A DNA stretch of 56,075 bases, counting the filler, from Dirinaria sp. TL-2023a (Eukaryota): assembly GCA_051941275.1 (NCBI GenBank). It is 5 parts of 5 records of this genome, joined end to end, with 100 filler letters (N's around TTAATTAATTAA, not from the genome) between each part and the next. Parts side by side here need not be neighbours in the genome. Positions count along the whole stretch, not along the records: positions 22,506 to 33,631 come from JAVEBF010000872.1; positions 33,732 to 44,854 come from JAVEBF010000873.1; 3 more parts are not named here. The stretch is one strand, 5' to 3'. Position 1 is the first letter of the stretch; each line of letters starts with the position of its first letter. A program made the position numbers and the translations under genes. The notes under the pieces are model-generated. The model was given only the letters and a program-made list of their open reading frames with translations. It made no database searches and was not told the origin of the DNA. Shown here piece after piece: positions 26,653 to 40,680 of this stretch.

Positions 26653-29600
26653 TTTTCGCCTGCGCTTAGGTCTGGCTACCAAGATTCAGCTATTATGTCA
26701 AGCACATCACTCATTTCGTGGAACATTGAATGGTTGGCCAAGCCTTAGGAAGCGAACTTTGGGGAGGCAAGACTGAATTGCCTGTCGCCTGTTAGGTCTC
26801 TCAATTCTGATTTTCCGACATAAAACCATTATATTAGAAGCATTTAGACCGCGGACTTGCACTTGATATGATTCACTGTATCCCAACAAGCGATCAAGAC
26901 CTTGTCGGTCAAGAGCGTTGATTCCTCTGATCAGTTCTCAAAGAATAGATTTGCATTGTGAAGACTATCTTATGCGATACATGGAAAGTCATGTTATGAA
27001 GTCTTTTCTCTCTAAGTATGCTCCGATGAAGGTTGGGATCTCGAGATCTCGAGATATTGGAGAAATGCTCGTTCAATTCTCTGCTACCAAACGTCAATCG
27101 CCGGACATATTGGGCAGTGCAGCTAGGCTAATAAGTCTTGCTATCAGTGTTTCACGAACAGTACGAGTACTTCAAAATCTGCGAAGGATGATGGCAGGTT
27201 ATCATTGATGCTTTGCGCCGTACACTCCATGGGCTAGCCAGGGATGGTAAACAGCAGGTTTACTCCTTCCCATTGCTTGTAACACTCTTATGCTCGTCGC
27301 ATGATGGGGAGATAAACCAAGCGGCCATAAGGGCCCAAGGCTCGATTATCAAGTAAGGCTTTGATCAAGTCGACCGCATATCCATGTATTAGCAAATTCA
27401 TTAACATACAGAGGACCTTGGCAGAATAGCATGCGAACGGGTTCGCGGCGATCAAAACGAGGAGTGTTATCGCTACCTTGCACGCCATACATATCGATGT
27501 ACTCTAGAGACAGGGTTCTGCTCTATTGCGACCCCTACAGTATTATTATTGCATCGATTTGATTTTTGGATCAAAGAAGACCCGACACAGATGAACCTTG
27601 TTGGAGATGTTGCTAGGCCATTGCCAAGAGCCGCAGACGGGATTAGGTACAGGAAGGTACGTTAAGGTAAGTACGATGGCGAAATGGAACAGGGAATATG
27701 CAGGATGCCCAACGTCGAAGCATTATCTTGCCAGTACTGACTGTACTGTAGACTCGTCGAACAAATAGAGTTGAGATCGGAAGATCAGCCGACGATCATT
27801 TATTTTCGGCGCAGACTACATGATTGAAACACGCGATGGCCAGCAAGTGCGTCTTTAGGTACCTTTATTTTTTTTCCACATGGATCACAGAGAGGCCTGA
27901 CCCGGACCTCCGGCACCCATCCTTCTTACACACTGTATGCTATCAATAGCAATTCGCAGGATTGACGAGAAAGGGCCACCGGGAGATCGTCACTCAAACG
28001 CTGCCCTACGCGGGCGCCGTGGCGGAGCGGCTGGTCGAAAGTTGTATCACATTATTATTCCCCGGTTCACACCAGAGCGACCTTACTCGTCAATTGACGG
28101 TTTCCAACACTTGATGACCCAAGTGGAAGCAGGGAAAGCATGTCAATCTGCCTTGCCAAGTGCCATCAAGCTGCATGCATAGGACGACTTCTGAGGTAAC
28201 ATTGTGATGCGCCAACACATCCGGTCGATAGGAAAGTATGCCTCTTCACCGCGAGAAGTCAGGGAGACCTCGAGGTGCAGACGTAAAGTACGAGTGGTTG
28301 CCAAATGGGACTGCAAGCCGAAGAAGCCGCATGAATCCGATGTCGAATTTCGAATGTTTCGCTTCCACTTGGCTGAAGCGAGATTCGCTTCAGACGGTAC
28401 GGGGGGTAACTAGGAAAGTAAAGTAAGGTAATGTAATGTAAGTAGGCTGCCGAGACTGCCCCTGACTCCGTGGCCCCTGGTTCGCTCGGCTTGTCCCGTC
28501 ATAGCCTAATGTACCTGACTCGTACATTATTATTACCTTACTGTACCTGTAACTCTACCTACGAAGAGTAAATATACTCCACCGCCAGACAGCGAGAACT
28601 ACTTGCACCATCCTCAATCCGAGAGGCCAGAGTAGCAGCAGTCTTGGGCCACTACATCCTCATGGCGTCTCATCGGCTCGCGAAAACTACTACGATGATA
28701 GTGTTGCCAAAAATGCGACAGATTAGGAAACATAGTGACACTTGGAGCTAGCTGGGCCGGTAGGAAATGAGATGTGGCCCGTCCTCAACCAGGAGACAAA
28801 GGACGCTAAACATTTCTGCATCCATGCTTTTTCTCTGCTATACGTCCTGTTTCGTCATCTTCAGCCGCGAAAGTTGGACTTTTGGCAAGATAAGGTTGAC
28901 GATCGTGGACCCGGGGTTGAGGATGTTAGACCCAGAATAGCAGCAGGCCAACACCCACTTCGACCAACCCTTGCTACTCACTTGCAAATCTGCTTCCCTC
29001 AACGTGTCTACTGACCGTGGGTGGAACGGCAACATGCTATCCCTATCCTCTCTCCTGCCCTATAGTGGCCACGCCATCAACCTCAGGTGCTGTATAATCA
29101 TTGATGCTCCGCACTAACCTCTGTCCTCCGGCAACGGCTGCACTGGCTTTGCTAAAGTCATCAGGCAGATCCGGCATCCCGGTTTTCCAAGTGCCTCTCA
29201 CGACTAGCTCGGCTGATTTCATCGGAGCCAGTCACAGCTGACGATGGACTCAGTCCCCAATGGCTCTTCCGGCGCGCCATCGGAATAGGTAATTTCTTGT
29301 GGTACCCAATGCACGAAAGCCCCGTTGGAGAGGCGAATTGTTCAAGATGACATCTACTATTAGCTGAGGTACTCATGTGTGAAGCGAAACGCTACGGAAA
29401 CGGTCCTTTTATCAGAGTGTGGGATCACGGTTGTCTGTTTTCCACGCATTTTCGAAACGCATCTTGGACCTACTGGAGTGCACAGCCTCACGTGCTAATT
29501 TGATCCCCCTCATCTGTTTTAGATGCCCGCTGGGCTTCTGATGCGGAAACGCGTTTAGCAGCGTAGGCGAGGAGCTTCTATGCTTGCTGGTCAACCACAA

Positions 29601-30540
29601 CAAGACCCTGCAGCTCCGGGGGGGAAGGGCTTCTTTGCTCCCCATTTTCCCGCGTTGACGTATCTACCTGCATTGGCGCTCATGGTTAAGCAAGATACTG
29701 GATATATTAACTATGGCGCACCGTCTATAAGCGCAAGCTCTATGTTAATGTCTTAATTCACGTTGAACGGCCGTATGCCTAGCTTCACTCCCGTAACGAG
29801 CATCCGTGGCTAGCTCGCAAGGCCCCATTTAGACATATATCGCGATTCCAGGACAGCACGCACTTCACACGTCTCGGGACGGCAGGAAAAATAGAGCAGG
29901 TATCTATCGCAGGGTCGAGAGGGGAGGCGACTCGCAGAGAGCCAATCCAGTTCAGCATTATATGTCCCTTGCATGCCTTTACCGCCCACAGTCTTACCCC
30001 TCGCGAGATTCAAAAAACCGTCCAAGTTCGATCATCAGTGTGGCCCAACATTACCCACATCGCTGTTTTAGAGTCTTCATATCTGGAGCGATCTCCAAAT
30101 CTTTTCTCTTTGTCCATCGCGGTAAGTCTATGGGAGGCTGCTGCACAGGCGCAAGCGCTTTGCCCTTTACATCCAGACTCTCATGTTGATCTAGATCAGA
30201 GAACGGGGGATCTGAACATTGCTGTTTGAGGCGATTCAACCTCCCGAGACCTCGACTTCATTGGGCGCCGACTATATCCTAGCGCGAACTCCTGCACTCA
30301 TTTGATGAACCATCAGCCTTCCTCAAAGATCACCTGCGGGCTCTTCCGAATTGCGACGTTCGTCTTCCAGCACTGTTCTCGTAACACTTGATCGGCCGTT
30401 TGTGCTACGCTACTCGGCGCCCTTACTTACTTCCTTGTCCTTTCATAAAGCTTCTCTATCCGAGTTCCTTTCCCCTTCACGCCTAAAATTGTGGGCCTTG
30501 ATCAGCTTTTTATACAAGGTCGTGCGTGATATCGTCCAAG

Positions 30541-33086
30541 CTGGCTTCCATACTTGGAAAAGGTCTTGATGTAAGTAGACCTTTGATCTTGACACGCACG
30601 TGTATTTTTCTGGAATGTGCACCCCACACGCGCGTTGTGCTAGGCGAAGCCGCCTGATCTCATACGGCTCAATGCACGGAGCAAAGGGGTATTCCCGTAC
30701 TTATATACATCCACTGACTTCTGTAGCTCCACGACTCGCCCATCATTGTGGACGATTCGGTGGACGTGGCCGACACAGTGGCGCTAGCACCTATCGGTGA
30801 GCACGACGAAGCCTTGTCCGCTAAGGCTGGTTACGAGACAGTTTTACTGTCTATGTCAACAGCAAAATCAAGGGCAAGCAACGCAAAAGTCACGAACTCA
30901 GCTGGTACGTAACACTTTAACATATGCACGTCAGGACAAATACAATCGATGATGTTGAAAACAACAATAGACTGATGATAGCACCAGGACCCATTGCCAG
31001 ACGACGATCGCGGACCACTGGCAGTATCAGCGATTATGAGAGTGCCAGATCTCTGCATGAAGAGATGTACCTTGCACACCCTTCCTCCGACTATTCCGAT
31101 TCGCGGGTTCGAGGTGGTCCAGTGACCTACCATCGCCAGGCAGATCAGCTGTCGTATGCAGCCAACTCGTTGTACGAGCCTCGTGCGCTTTCTGAGATGC
31201 CGCCGTCAACAGTACCTGATACTGGGCCTCGAAATCTTCCAGAAGTAACTTCATACACCCCTAATCAAGGTCCGCAAGGATCTCAGATCTACCTATACAT
31301 TCAGACTCCATACGACCTCGCAGAGTTTCCGCTGAACATAAGCTTGATGTTTGCCACCAGAAGCTGCACTCCCACTCTTGACCGATTACAGTCCCGCGGT
31401 ACAAATTACCAGTACCTACTCGCAGCCGAGGTCCCACCGCACTCGTCTACCGGCTGGACGAGTCCATGTGTACCTGTGGGTCTGCAGGCTCGGCACGCTT
31501 CTGGCGTTGATGCTGGAACGGCAGACGTGGGCTCCTTCTTTTATACAGATTGCGTACAATCATCGAGTCGCGGGTCCCCCCCGAATTGGTCAAGAAAGAG
31601 GAATACCTCAGAAGAACCAGAGCTTTCACTACCAGTGAAACGGACGGCAAACCAGCGTTTGCCAAGCTCTTCGATAAATTGTGCAGCAAGCCCATACGCG
31701 TCCGCCCACAATGGGGGCTACTCCTACTCCTCACAGCCAGCCAACTCAGTCTACGCTCCGAGCAACCTCAGATCACCTTCCGCTCTTCAAGTTTCGAGCT
31801 CCTCACCCAGCACACAGGGCGTGCGGAGTAGCCTTGAGAGGTCATCGTATCATGTCAACACAGCATCTTCGCGATCTTCGGCTTGGGGTTCCCCTTTCGT
31901 CTCTACGGCTGCAAGGCAAACAACGCAAAGTCCGGCACTTTCGAGTACTTCCTCGCGGTTTCAATCCTTTGATTCTCCTAGTATAGCCAACCCTCCGCTG
32001 ATCCGGACGTCCACATTGCAACCATCACACAGTTCTTCGGCTGTCGCAGTGGGTGGACTGTACCCATACGACAATAAAGCCATCCTCAAAATCAATGGGA
32101 ACTTGGACTCCATGGCGGACGGCTGGTCCAATGAGGAGTGGGTTGCTAAGAGGCGTCTTGTTCAATTCTGGAGATCACAGAACGGCAATACCATCGACGC
32201 GGATTTCGATGCCGCACAGGCCGACAGTCCACCTAAAGGCGGCATTTACGTCAGCTGTATATGGTGGGCAGAGCGACGTGAATGCTACGTGACCAGCGTA
32301 GACACCATCCACCTTCTAGAGTCTCTTGTGGGAATGCGATTTCCGGTAGAAGAGAAGAATCGCATTCGCCGCAATCTGGAAGGTTTCCGGCCAACCACCG
32401 TTTCCAAAGGCAAGACAGACAGCGAAGATTTCTTCTCCATCATCATGGGATTCTCCGAGCCAAAACCCAGGAACATTGAGAAAGACGTCAAAGTCTTTCC
32501 ATGGAAGATTCTTGCTCACGCGCTTAAGAAAATCTTCGGGAAATACGTTGGTATCCCCAAGTAGAGACAGCAGCCGCTACATTGCGCTAATGACCTCTAG
32601 TCCGTGAGCTACTCGTCGACCGCGGGCGCCATGATCACACCCAGAAGCTCAACTCATGATGGGTACCCCGAGCCCAATAATACCCGCCCGACGTTCTCCT
32701 CCCGATCAACCTCCGATTCCTCCTCCAGCACATACACCGCATATAACACGCTGCCTACCACTATGTCGCCTCACGCCGCGTCGCACCCCACGGCCACATT
32801 TCCGGCATCTTACGGGGGGGAAGCGTCGTCCTACAGCGTCTCCGCCCCTGACCTGCCATATACATATAGCCTACCCACACTGCCGGGACCATACGCGTCA
32901 CAGGATCAAAACTATACATCAGCTGCTGCGCAGATGCCTTCTGCGAGTATGGCTGGCCGACCCTCATGGGACCTGGCCGCGTACATGAACACCACCACCT
33001 CCCCGATACAGGGCAATACGTGGGGGCATAATAGTATATCGGCGCACGTGGAGAGAGATGGAACCGGTGTTAAATTAATGCCGTGA
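30541..33086 (+). CDS. medA: Developmental transcriptional regulator Medusa (MedA/ACON-3/REN1 family); introns 30571-30726, 30905-30981, 32547-32600; first in-frame AUG at 30853, candidate CUG start at 30541
   Basis: Conserved C-terminal domain KAILKINGNLDSMADGWSNEEWVAKRRLVQF...YVTSVDTIHLLESLV...VEEKNRIRRNLEGFRP.TVSK...IMGFSEPKPRNIEKDVKVFPWKILAHALKKIFGKY/SVSYSSTA; the start position is uncertain. Confidence 0.93.
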
Positions 33087-33631
33087 TAATATTATTTACA
33101 TAAGGTAGTCCTAGTCGTACCATGTAATCTTCATATTACCGTCAGACGGTCGAGTCATGCGACCCATGAGAACGGCGCTAACCCATTTTGGATACCCTTT
33201 TGCCCGGCTGAGTGCTCATTTCCACTCCCATTTATAAACTACCTTACCTTAGGTATTATTGACCAAACAAAATACACGCGAGCACAGCAGCAATCACTTT
33301 ACCGATAGGGGCTTTACGTACTTTGCTCCTCCGTATCCGTCCTTAAGCACTATTACTCCCATATATTCTCTAACGTACCTTAGCCTTCCATCATTCAAAT
33401 CCCGCTCTCTTTCACGCGCCGTATACCTCTCTGCATTAGCAGCGGGCGCAGGTGATTCATGAAAGCTTTTTTTTCATCACAAAAAAAAAAAAGGCTTCTG
33501 TCTGAGTCAAGATGACGAGAGTAATATGTCTAGCTATCACCCCGATGTTGGGAACGTGGCTCGCTCGGGGTGTATGGGTAATCTGGGGAAGGGAATGCTG
33601 TTGCCTGCCTACCTGAGTACGTGGGGGATAC

Positions 33632-33731
33632 NNNNNNNNNNNNNNNNNNNNNNNNNNNNNNNNNNNNNNNNNNNNTTAATTAATTAANNNNNNNNNNNNN
33701 NNNNNNNNNNNNNNNNNNNNNNNNNNNNNNN
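33632..33731. other. Artificial contig spacer
   Basis: N44-TTAATTAATTAA-N44. Confidence 0.98.
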
Positions 33732-34772
33732 GATATGGGAAGGGGATAGACTTACAGAGGCCGCCGGCCCAGAAATTGATGGCTGGCGCCGAGAGCGAGG
33801 TGTGCCTCGCAAAGAAGCGGCTGATGATGTCGTACGAGCCCCACCAGAAGAAGAAGAATGAGCGGAAGAGCAAGGTTGCGCAGAGGCCGTGGTAGATGCC
33901 TCGGATTCCGTGGATGCGGTACTAGGAAAGCAGTATTAGCTTTTTGCTTGCTTGCTTTCTTATTTGATTCGAAGAGGGACTGAGGGGGGCAAGAGGACCG
34001 TACAATCTTGCGGCAGCAGTCAATCGGCCCGCTGTAGAGTCGTTTGCTCCTGTCGACCGCGTACTGGATCTGCAGACGGGCTTTGATGTGCTCGACCGGT
34101 GCCGCGATAAAGCTCACGGTACTTCCGGCCATGACGCCCGCTACGGCGTGGCCGATGGCGGGGAGCTTTTTCTTCTCCCGCCTGGCTTCCTCTGTCACTT
34201 GCTCGGCCCGGGAGGCTGTAGACGAAGAAGATGGCGGCGGTAGCAGCGAAGGCTTGGAGAAGAAGACCTTCTCAAGCAGGATGCGCCGGTAGAAGGTCAG
34301 GCTGCCGAGCATGACGGAGTCCATGAACATCCATCCTACCAAGGGAGGCGTGGCGCCTTTGTACAGGCCTCGCACACCCTCCTTTCGAACCGTCTGCAAG
34401 AAGCAGTCGATCGGACCGGTGAATTGCGCTTTCGGGGTCGTCTGCAGCCGGACTTTGATCGTATCAAACCTTCGGATTGAGGGTTCAGCGTAAGGTCCAA
34501 ACGCGATTTCGGGGGAGAGGGACTAGTTAGGGGAGTGTCGCTTACGGATGGCCAACTGAGCACACACACAGCCAGAATCAACGATTGGATTTATATTTCA
34601 ATATCCTCGGGATCTTGCACACACCGCTCAATTTCGCGATCCCGGAAAATACACCCGCCACGAAGCCCTTGTAGTCGCCAGCACTCCGGACCGGTTGCGC
34701 GGGTCCCACTGTTCCATGGCTCTTTGCTTCTTTACCTGAGCTGGCACTTGCTGGGTTAGGCACCGTGGACAT
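33732..34772 (-). CDS. Mitochondrial carrier family protein (carnitine/acylcarnitine- or amino-acid-carrier-like); 3' end cut by the contig edge; 10-nt microexon 34546-34555
   Basis: GFVAGVFSGIAKLS/VGHP/FDTIKVRLQT (Px[D/E]xxKxR signature), EGVRGLYKGATPPLVGW, APVEHIKARLQ, FWAGGL. Confidence 0.92.
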
Positions 34773-35623
34773 CGATTGCAAAGCGGAGCAGGCGTGGAAT
34801 TGGATAGTGACACGGGCTGGTGGACACCGCCGTAGGCATCAGGATGTACTGCGTAGGGTAGACATTAGCATTGATGGTCCGTTCTTGCTTTTCATTCGAC
34901 CTGACTGTTCGAGGTACCTTACTCTGTACTCAGTAATTGCTGTGACATGAATCACAAATTGTGCGTGAGGTAGTTCGCCAAGACTGGAAGATCGATATTG
35001 CATCTATGACCGTACCGAGGCCGAGGAGCTCGTCGGCCCCAACAGCCAGCTCTGTATACCGAGACACCGAATATCACTTTCAAAGGATTCGAAGACGGCA
35101 AATAAAGCTTTCAAAAAACGTGACAATTCCTCTCTCACGGCTTGCAGCAAAGTTCGGTTTCACGGATCAACAAAGCTCGACAGACCCTTCGCAGAAAGGT
35201 GGATGGCGTGGGCGTAATAATAGGGACTAGGGAGCCAAGGCATAATCTTACGAGATGAGGATATTACAGACATGCAATATCTTCGGAGCTTGAATTCAGC
35301 GGATGGGACGTTTGGTGAAGAGAGCCATGAGAAACACAAGTGGTGGGTTGGGATTCCTCCCAAAGGAGAAGGGACAAGGGGCAAGCAGTAGGGCTTGAAG
35401 ATGAAGATGGCTTGTAAAACATGGCATGGGAGGAATTGAAGCCGCACGTCTGGCAGGTAGATCGATGCGAATAATCGTAATTCCATCTGATGCAGTGGCC
35501 CGGCCAAACCCAGGATGTTTTCAGGCACTGTGCCAGGCGCATAGGGGTCTTCAAAGTGATCCATTGTGATTATTTAGATTCTCGCATGGGCCAACACCTC
35601 CCGACCTTTTTGTCTAACGCGTC

Positions 35624-36273
35624 CTACTCGTCGTCGTCGTCGCCTTCATCGTTAACGACATTGAAAAACCTTAGTTCGTAAACGCCTTTGCCCGTGCTGA
35701 CGACTCGCAACCAGTCTCGCAACTGTTGCTTCTTGAGGAATTTTTTGGTCCTGTGTCGAGACATTGCCTGGTCAGCGCCTGTTGAGCTATTCCAGCACGA
35801 GGCGAAAATGCGTTTCCAGACCAGTAAAAAAATATGTGACCTACAGGTACTTGAGATACCTTCCCGAGAACTCTATATGCGAAATAACTTCAATCTTGCC
35901 GTCGCCTTGCTGGCTGATTTGTATCGTATCGCCTAAGTTTCCCACACGGTTTTCCACTTTTATCTTGTCATGGAGGAATTTTTCGAAGGCGGAAACGTCA
36001 AAGATTTTGTCCGAAGCAGGCTGAGAGGCATTGATTATGAACTGCGGCGGGTGGGGGGTTGTATCAGCTATCCAGAGCCGCAATGAGAGGCAAGGACGTA
36101 AGACAAACGCACTTTCTTGGTGACTTTAGGAGGCTTGCCACCCTTCGACGTCGCCAGTTTGGGGGTCTTCTATCCATTTAGAGAACACTTAGCCTACTGT
36201 CCTTACCGCTCCTCGTAGAAGCGCAGATGGAGCAGCAAAGCGGTGTACATACGGTAGCATGTTGGGGTCCCAT
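35624..36273 (-). CDS. rpl22: 60S ribosomal protein L22 (eL22); 4 exons
   Basis: [55 protein letters not shown]...[49 protein letters not shown]. Confidence 0.96.
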
Positions 36274-36597
36274 TGTGTATATTGGGTATGTAGGTCGCAA
36301 AAAAAAAGGAGTGCTATCGCATACCCACGGGTTAATTTGGAAAATTGACCGATGTGTGTACTGTGTAGCTGATGAAGCTGGCTGAGTGCCGGTGAAAGTG
36401 GGAGGACTGACTGGCGCCTCGCTTAATATTTAGCGCACTACTCTAGGGCAAATCTTCCCTCTCCATACCCCCTTGACTGTAGTTTGAAGTAACATCGCTT
36501 TACGAGAAAATCTGCGGCCAGCAATGCAAAAGTAATCGGTAGAATTCTGCTTGCAGTCCGTACTGGGAATCTCAAGATGCCATCTCAAAACCATGGA
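36274..36597. promoter_or_regulatory. Short divergent intergenic region, probable bidirectional promoter (rpl22 / translin)
   Basis: Head-to-head start codons 324 nt apart. Confidence 0.5.
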
Positions 36598-37603
36598 ATG
36601 GTAGACCTTGCTATTTTCGAGCATTTACAACTAAAGATCGATGAAGACGCGAAAGTCCGCGAAGAAGTCCGCACCAAATTGCAAGAACTTGAGAGGCAAG
36701 GTAGATGAGCTGTCTTGCCTTTTGCTACATTTTACTTGATGCTCGCAGGTAAATTTACGCAATCTATCTTGTCTCGCGCACATTCAATCCCCACGGCACA
36801 GCGTAAGTTACTCTGGTAAGCTATATTCTTTATTACTCTTCTTGAATTGAGTCATAGTTCAGCCTACTATCTCCGATGCTCAGCAGGCAATCGATGTCCA
36901 GATATCGACCGTCAAGGAGCTCCGCGAAGTGACTTCGCTCGTGCCATACTATAAATACAACAGTATGTGGACTAGGGATATCCAAGATACTGTAAGGATA
37001 TTTGAAACATCTGCTAGTTCTGTGGAGAATAATGTACCGTAGATCTTCGCAATTGTTCTTTGCGGATGGCTTGGAGGCTTTACTCCACAAGAGACTAATA
37101 AAGAGTTGGGGAGACTCCTTACAATCGAGGAAGTCGGAGACCTATTACAGGGTGCAGTGACCTTTTATCAGTTTTCTGCCTTGTCTCACCGCTTCTTTAG
37201 TGCCTGTGAATCTCAAAGATCAGGATGCTTTTCATATCAGCATCGAGGAGTATCTACATGCACTGATAAGCTTGATCGAAGAGTTGGTTGGTAGAACCTC
37301 GGAATGGCCTTAGCATTCTTCTGAAGATACCACAGGCACGCCTGGCTGTCAACTCCGTGACACTTGGAGACTATGAGCGACCATTGCAGATCAGCCAGTT
37401 TGTCAAAGATCTACATGCCGGTTTTCAGATACTCAATCTCAAGAACGATTCTCTTCGCAGGCGAAGCGATAGCATCAAATACAATGTGAGTCATTCAATT
37501 CGCAATCGTCCTGGCAGAGCTCGACGGGTTCTAGGTCAAGAAAGTTGAGGATGTTGTATACGACCTTTCTTTGAGAAATCTTGTCCCTCGCCCGAGACCC
37601 TGA
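36598..37603 (+). CDS. tsn1: Translin; multi-exon
   Basis: MVDLAIFEHLQLKIDEDAKVREE..., YYKYNSMW, FHISIEEYLHALISLIEEL/ARLAVNSVTLGDYERPLQISQFVKDLHAGFQILNLKNDSLRRRSDSIKYN/VKKVEDVVYDLSLRNL. Confidence 0.95.
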
Positions 37604-38024
37604 GTCGCTTTTGTATGGCAGAGGCCAATTTATGGGACGTAGGGAGTAGAAGTATCATGGAAGTTCCATCAATCTTTTCTGGGCAACGGCTGGGCGCATC
37701 GACTGAAGCCATCAGTCACAGCAGGCGCAGTGGATGAGTACGTATGCGAGGCGCCTTCGATACGATTTAGGAAGACTCTTGATAGTAGTTGTATCATGGT
37801 TTTTAGGGGCAACCGATTATCCTTAAGAGCTCATTCCTCACTATGAGCTTGAAGGGGCCTCCATAAGGTACATGTAGCTAGTCGAGCGCCGAGACTCCCC
37901 TGAGTGCCAAGCTCGATAGATAATACGCTAAGATAACCTTAGATCTCAGTCGCGTTTCCAATGAAGTCCCACTGCTCACAACGACTCCTGACGCGGATCT
38001 TCAAGAATAAGATGTAATCCAAGA

Positions 38025-39854
38025 ATGCCTAGGTCAGTAATCCCACGATTCGTATCCAATTGATCTTTGACCGCTCATGGACGCAGAGAGATCATCACTA
38101 TACAGGCTGGCCAATGCGGCAATAGCAGTGAGTTGCGGTCATTCTTCATACGCCGAAGAATCTAAAGCAAAGGCACACTGCAATAGAGGTCTAACACTAC
38201 TTATAGTCGGAAGTCAATTCTGGCAGCAACTATGTCAGGAGCATGGTATCAGCCAAGATGGAAACCTCGAAGAATTTGCGACAGAAGGAGGAGATAGGAA
38301 GGATGTGTTCTTCTATCAGGTTTGACCTAGGCCGTCAATAGCATTCGGCGGGGTCTTAACTCATGTACAGAGTGATGATACGCGATATATTCCACGAGCC
38401 ATACTGCTGGATCTAGAGCCTAGAGTGAGGAGACACCGCTGCAGATGCTTAGCAAGCCATCCGTGCCAATCACTGCTTTCTAACGACTTTAGGTCATTCA
38501 AGGCATACAGAATGGACCGTACAAAAATATATACAATCCCGAAAACATCTTCGTTGGATCTCAGGGCAGTGGCGCCGCCAATAACTGGGGAGCTGGTTAT
38601 TCGGCGGGTGAGAAAGTCCAAGAGGAAGTATTCGACATGATTGATCGAGAAGCGGATGGGAGTGACTCATTAGAAGTAACATTGAGAGTCAACCTTCAAG
38701 AGACAGTATCACTAACAAGCGTAATCAGGGGTTCATGTTACTGCACTCCATAGCTGGAGGTACTGGATCTGGGCTAGGAAGTTATATCTTGGAGCGGATG
38801 AACGATCGTTTCCCAAAAAAGTTGATACAGACCTACTCAGTCTTCCCAGACACACAAGGAGGAGGAGATGTGGTGGTGCATCCTTACAATAGCCTGCTTG
38901 CATTACGGCGCCTGACGCAGAACGCCGATTCCGTGGTAAGCACCAGGATGTACCGGCGTGGAGCGTCCTTGCTAAACGCGGTCTTAAGGTGGTTTTGGAC
39001 AATGGCGCTCTGTCAAAGATCGCAGCGGATCGGCTACACGTGCAGGAGCCGTCGTTTCAGCAGACAAACCAGCTTGTGGGTTGGAGTGACCAATTTCGCG
39101 TATTCCAATTAAGGGTCTATAGGTCTCAACCGTCATGTCCGCGAGCACGACTACGCTTCGATACCCTGGCTACATGCATAACGATCTTGTTGGCATTGTA
39201 GCTTCTCTGATTCCTACGCCACGTTGCCATTTCCTTATGACGTCTTATACACCTTTCACAGGTCATAATGTCGAGCAAGCCAAGATGGTCCGAAAGACGA
39301 CTGTTTTGGATGTTATGCGGAGATTGTTGCAGCCAAAGAATCGAATGGTGTACACGCAGCCGAGCAAAAGCAGCTGCTATATAAGCATATTGAACATCAT
39401 TCAAGGAGAAGCGGATCCGACCGAGGTAAGGACCAGACCCTTGCTTAGATCCCTAGAGGTCACTAATCCGCGTTTTCAGGTGCACAAGTCTCTCCTTCGA
39501 ATTCGAGAGCATCGACCGGCTACATTCATACCCTGGGGCCCCGCTTCGATCCAGGTCGCCTTGGCCAAAAAATCTCCATATCTTCCAAACACTCATCGTG
39601 TGTCCGGCCTGATGTTGGCCAATCACACATCCGTCGCTACGCTTTTTAAACGCATCGTTGTTCAGTATGACAAGCTAAGGAAACGAAACGCTTTCCTGGA
39701 TGGATATAAGAAAGAAACGCCCTTCGCCAATGGACTCCAGGAATTTGACGAGGCAAGAGCTGTGGTGGCAGACCTGATCGCAGAATATGAAGAAGCGGAG
39801 ACGGAAGCATACCTTGACCCTGATAAAGGCAAGGAGAAAGTTGAAGGCTCTTGA
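38025..39854 (+). CDS. mipA: Gamma-tubulin; multi-exon
   Basis: [118 protein letters not shown]. Confidence 0.98.
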
Positions 39855-40680
39855 AAAGAATCAAATTACTCAGCGAGGCGTTCCAGGGGCAAAGAAACAG
39901 GTCTAGCTTGGCATTTGTGGCAAAATTCTCAATGATTTGATGATATGGTGCACGTGAGACACATGCGATATGAAGCAGGTATCTCCTCGCCTTGCTTCCT
40001 GGTGTTTTGAATGGACATTAAGCTTATGGAAATTCGGCTTCCAGCACGAGGGTACTTCCAAAGCAATCATGCTGCGTTACAGGATACGTCCAACTTTCCT
40101 ACAGCTAGACGGATTGCTAAAACCATTTCCATGAACCTGATGTAGTTAATTGAGAAGGTCCCCAATGCCATGCCATTGAAACTTCCAAAAGCACTGACAT
40201 AGCTCGCTCTGTGGACTTCAAGTGATACCTACACTAAGAAGATATGATGGTGGTCAGACCAGGCCTCTGGATCTGCAATCCGCCCATCCCAAAGCGCTGA
40301 TCTCCAAGCTTCCATTGGTTCTGTGGAACAGCTGCCTCTGCATACTACGAAAACGACTTTTCGCATCTGCTACGTTTTTCTCTACAGCCGTTTCCATTGC
40401 CGGCGCTGCAGCTGCAGCAAATCATGTCACGAGAAAGCATGCGCCACAGTAAACGTCATCGAAGATTGTGGCGATGCGGCTTGGCCTAATCCGCTCTAGC
40501 CGAACCGTTTATAAAATTAACGGGCAATCGCGTGTGTGAGCTGTATCAAACACAAACACTCTTCCCTCTTGTACTCTGCAAACACCTGCGTATCAGTCAG
40601 TTTAGAATCACGATCAAAGACTCAAAAGTGTCTGTTTCTGGAATAAAGAAAAGTCCGATACTATCTCTACAACCTTCAAC

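Noticed and set aside
35160..35564. 134-aa ORF just downstream of rpl22
   Set aside because: No recognisable features; likely 3' UTR or intergenic sequence
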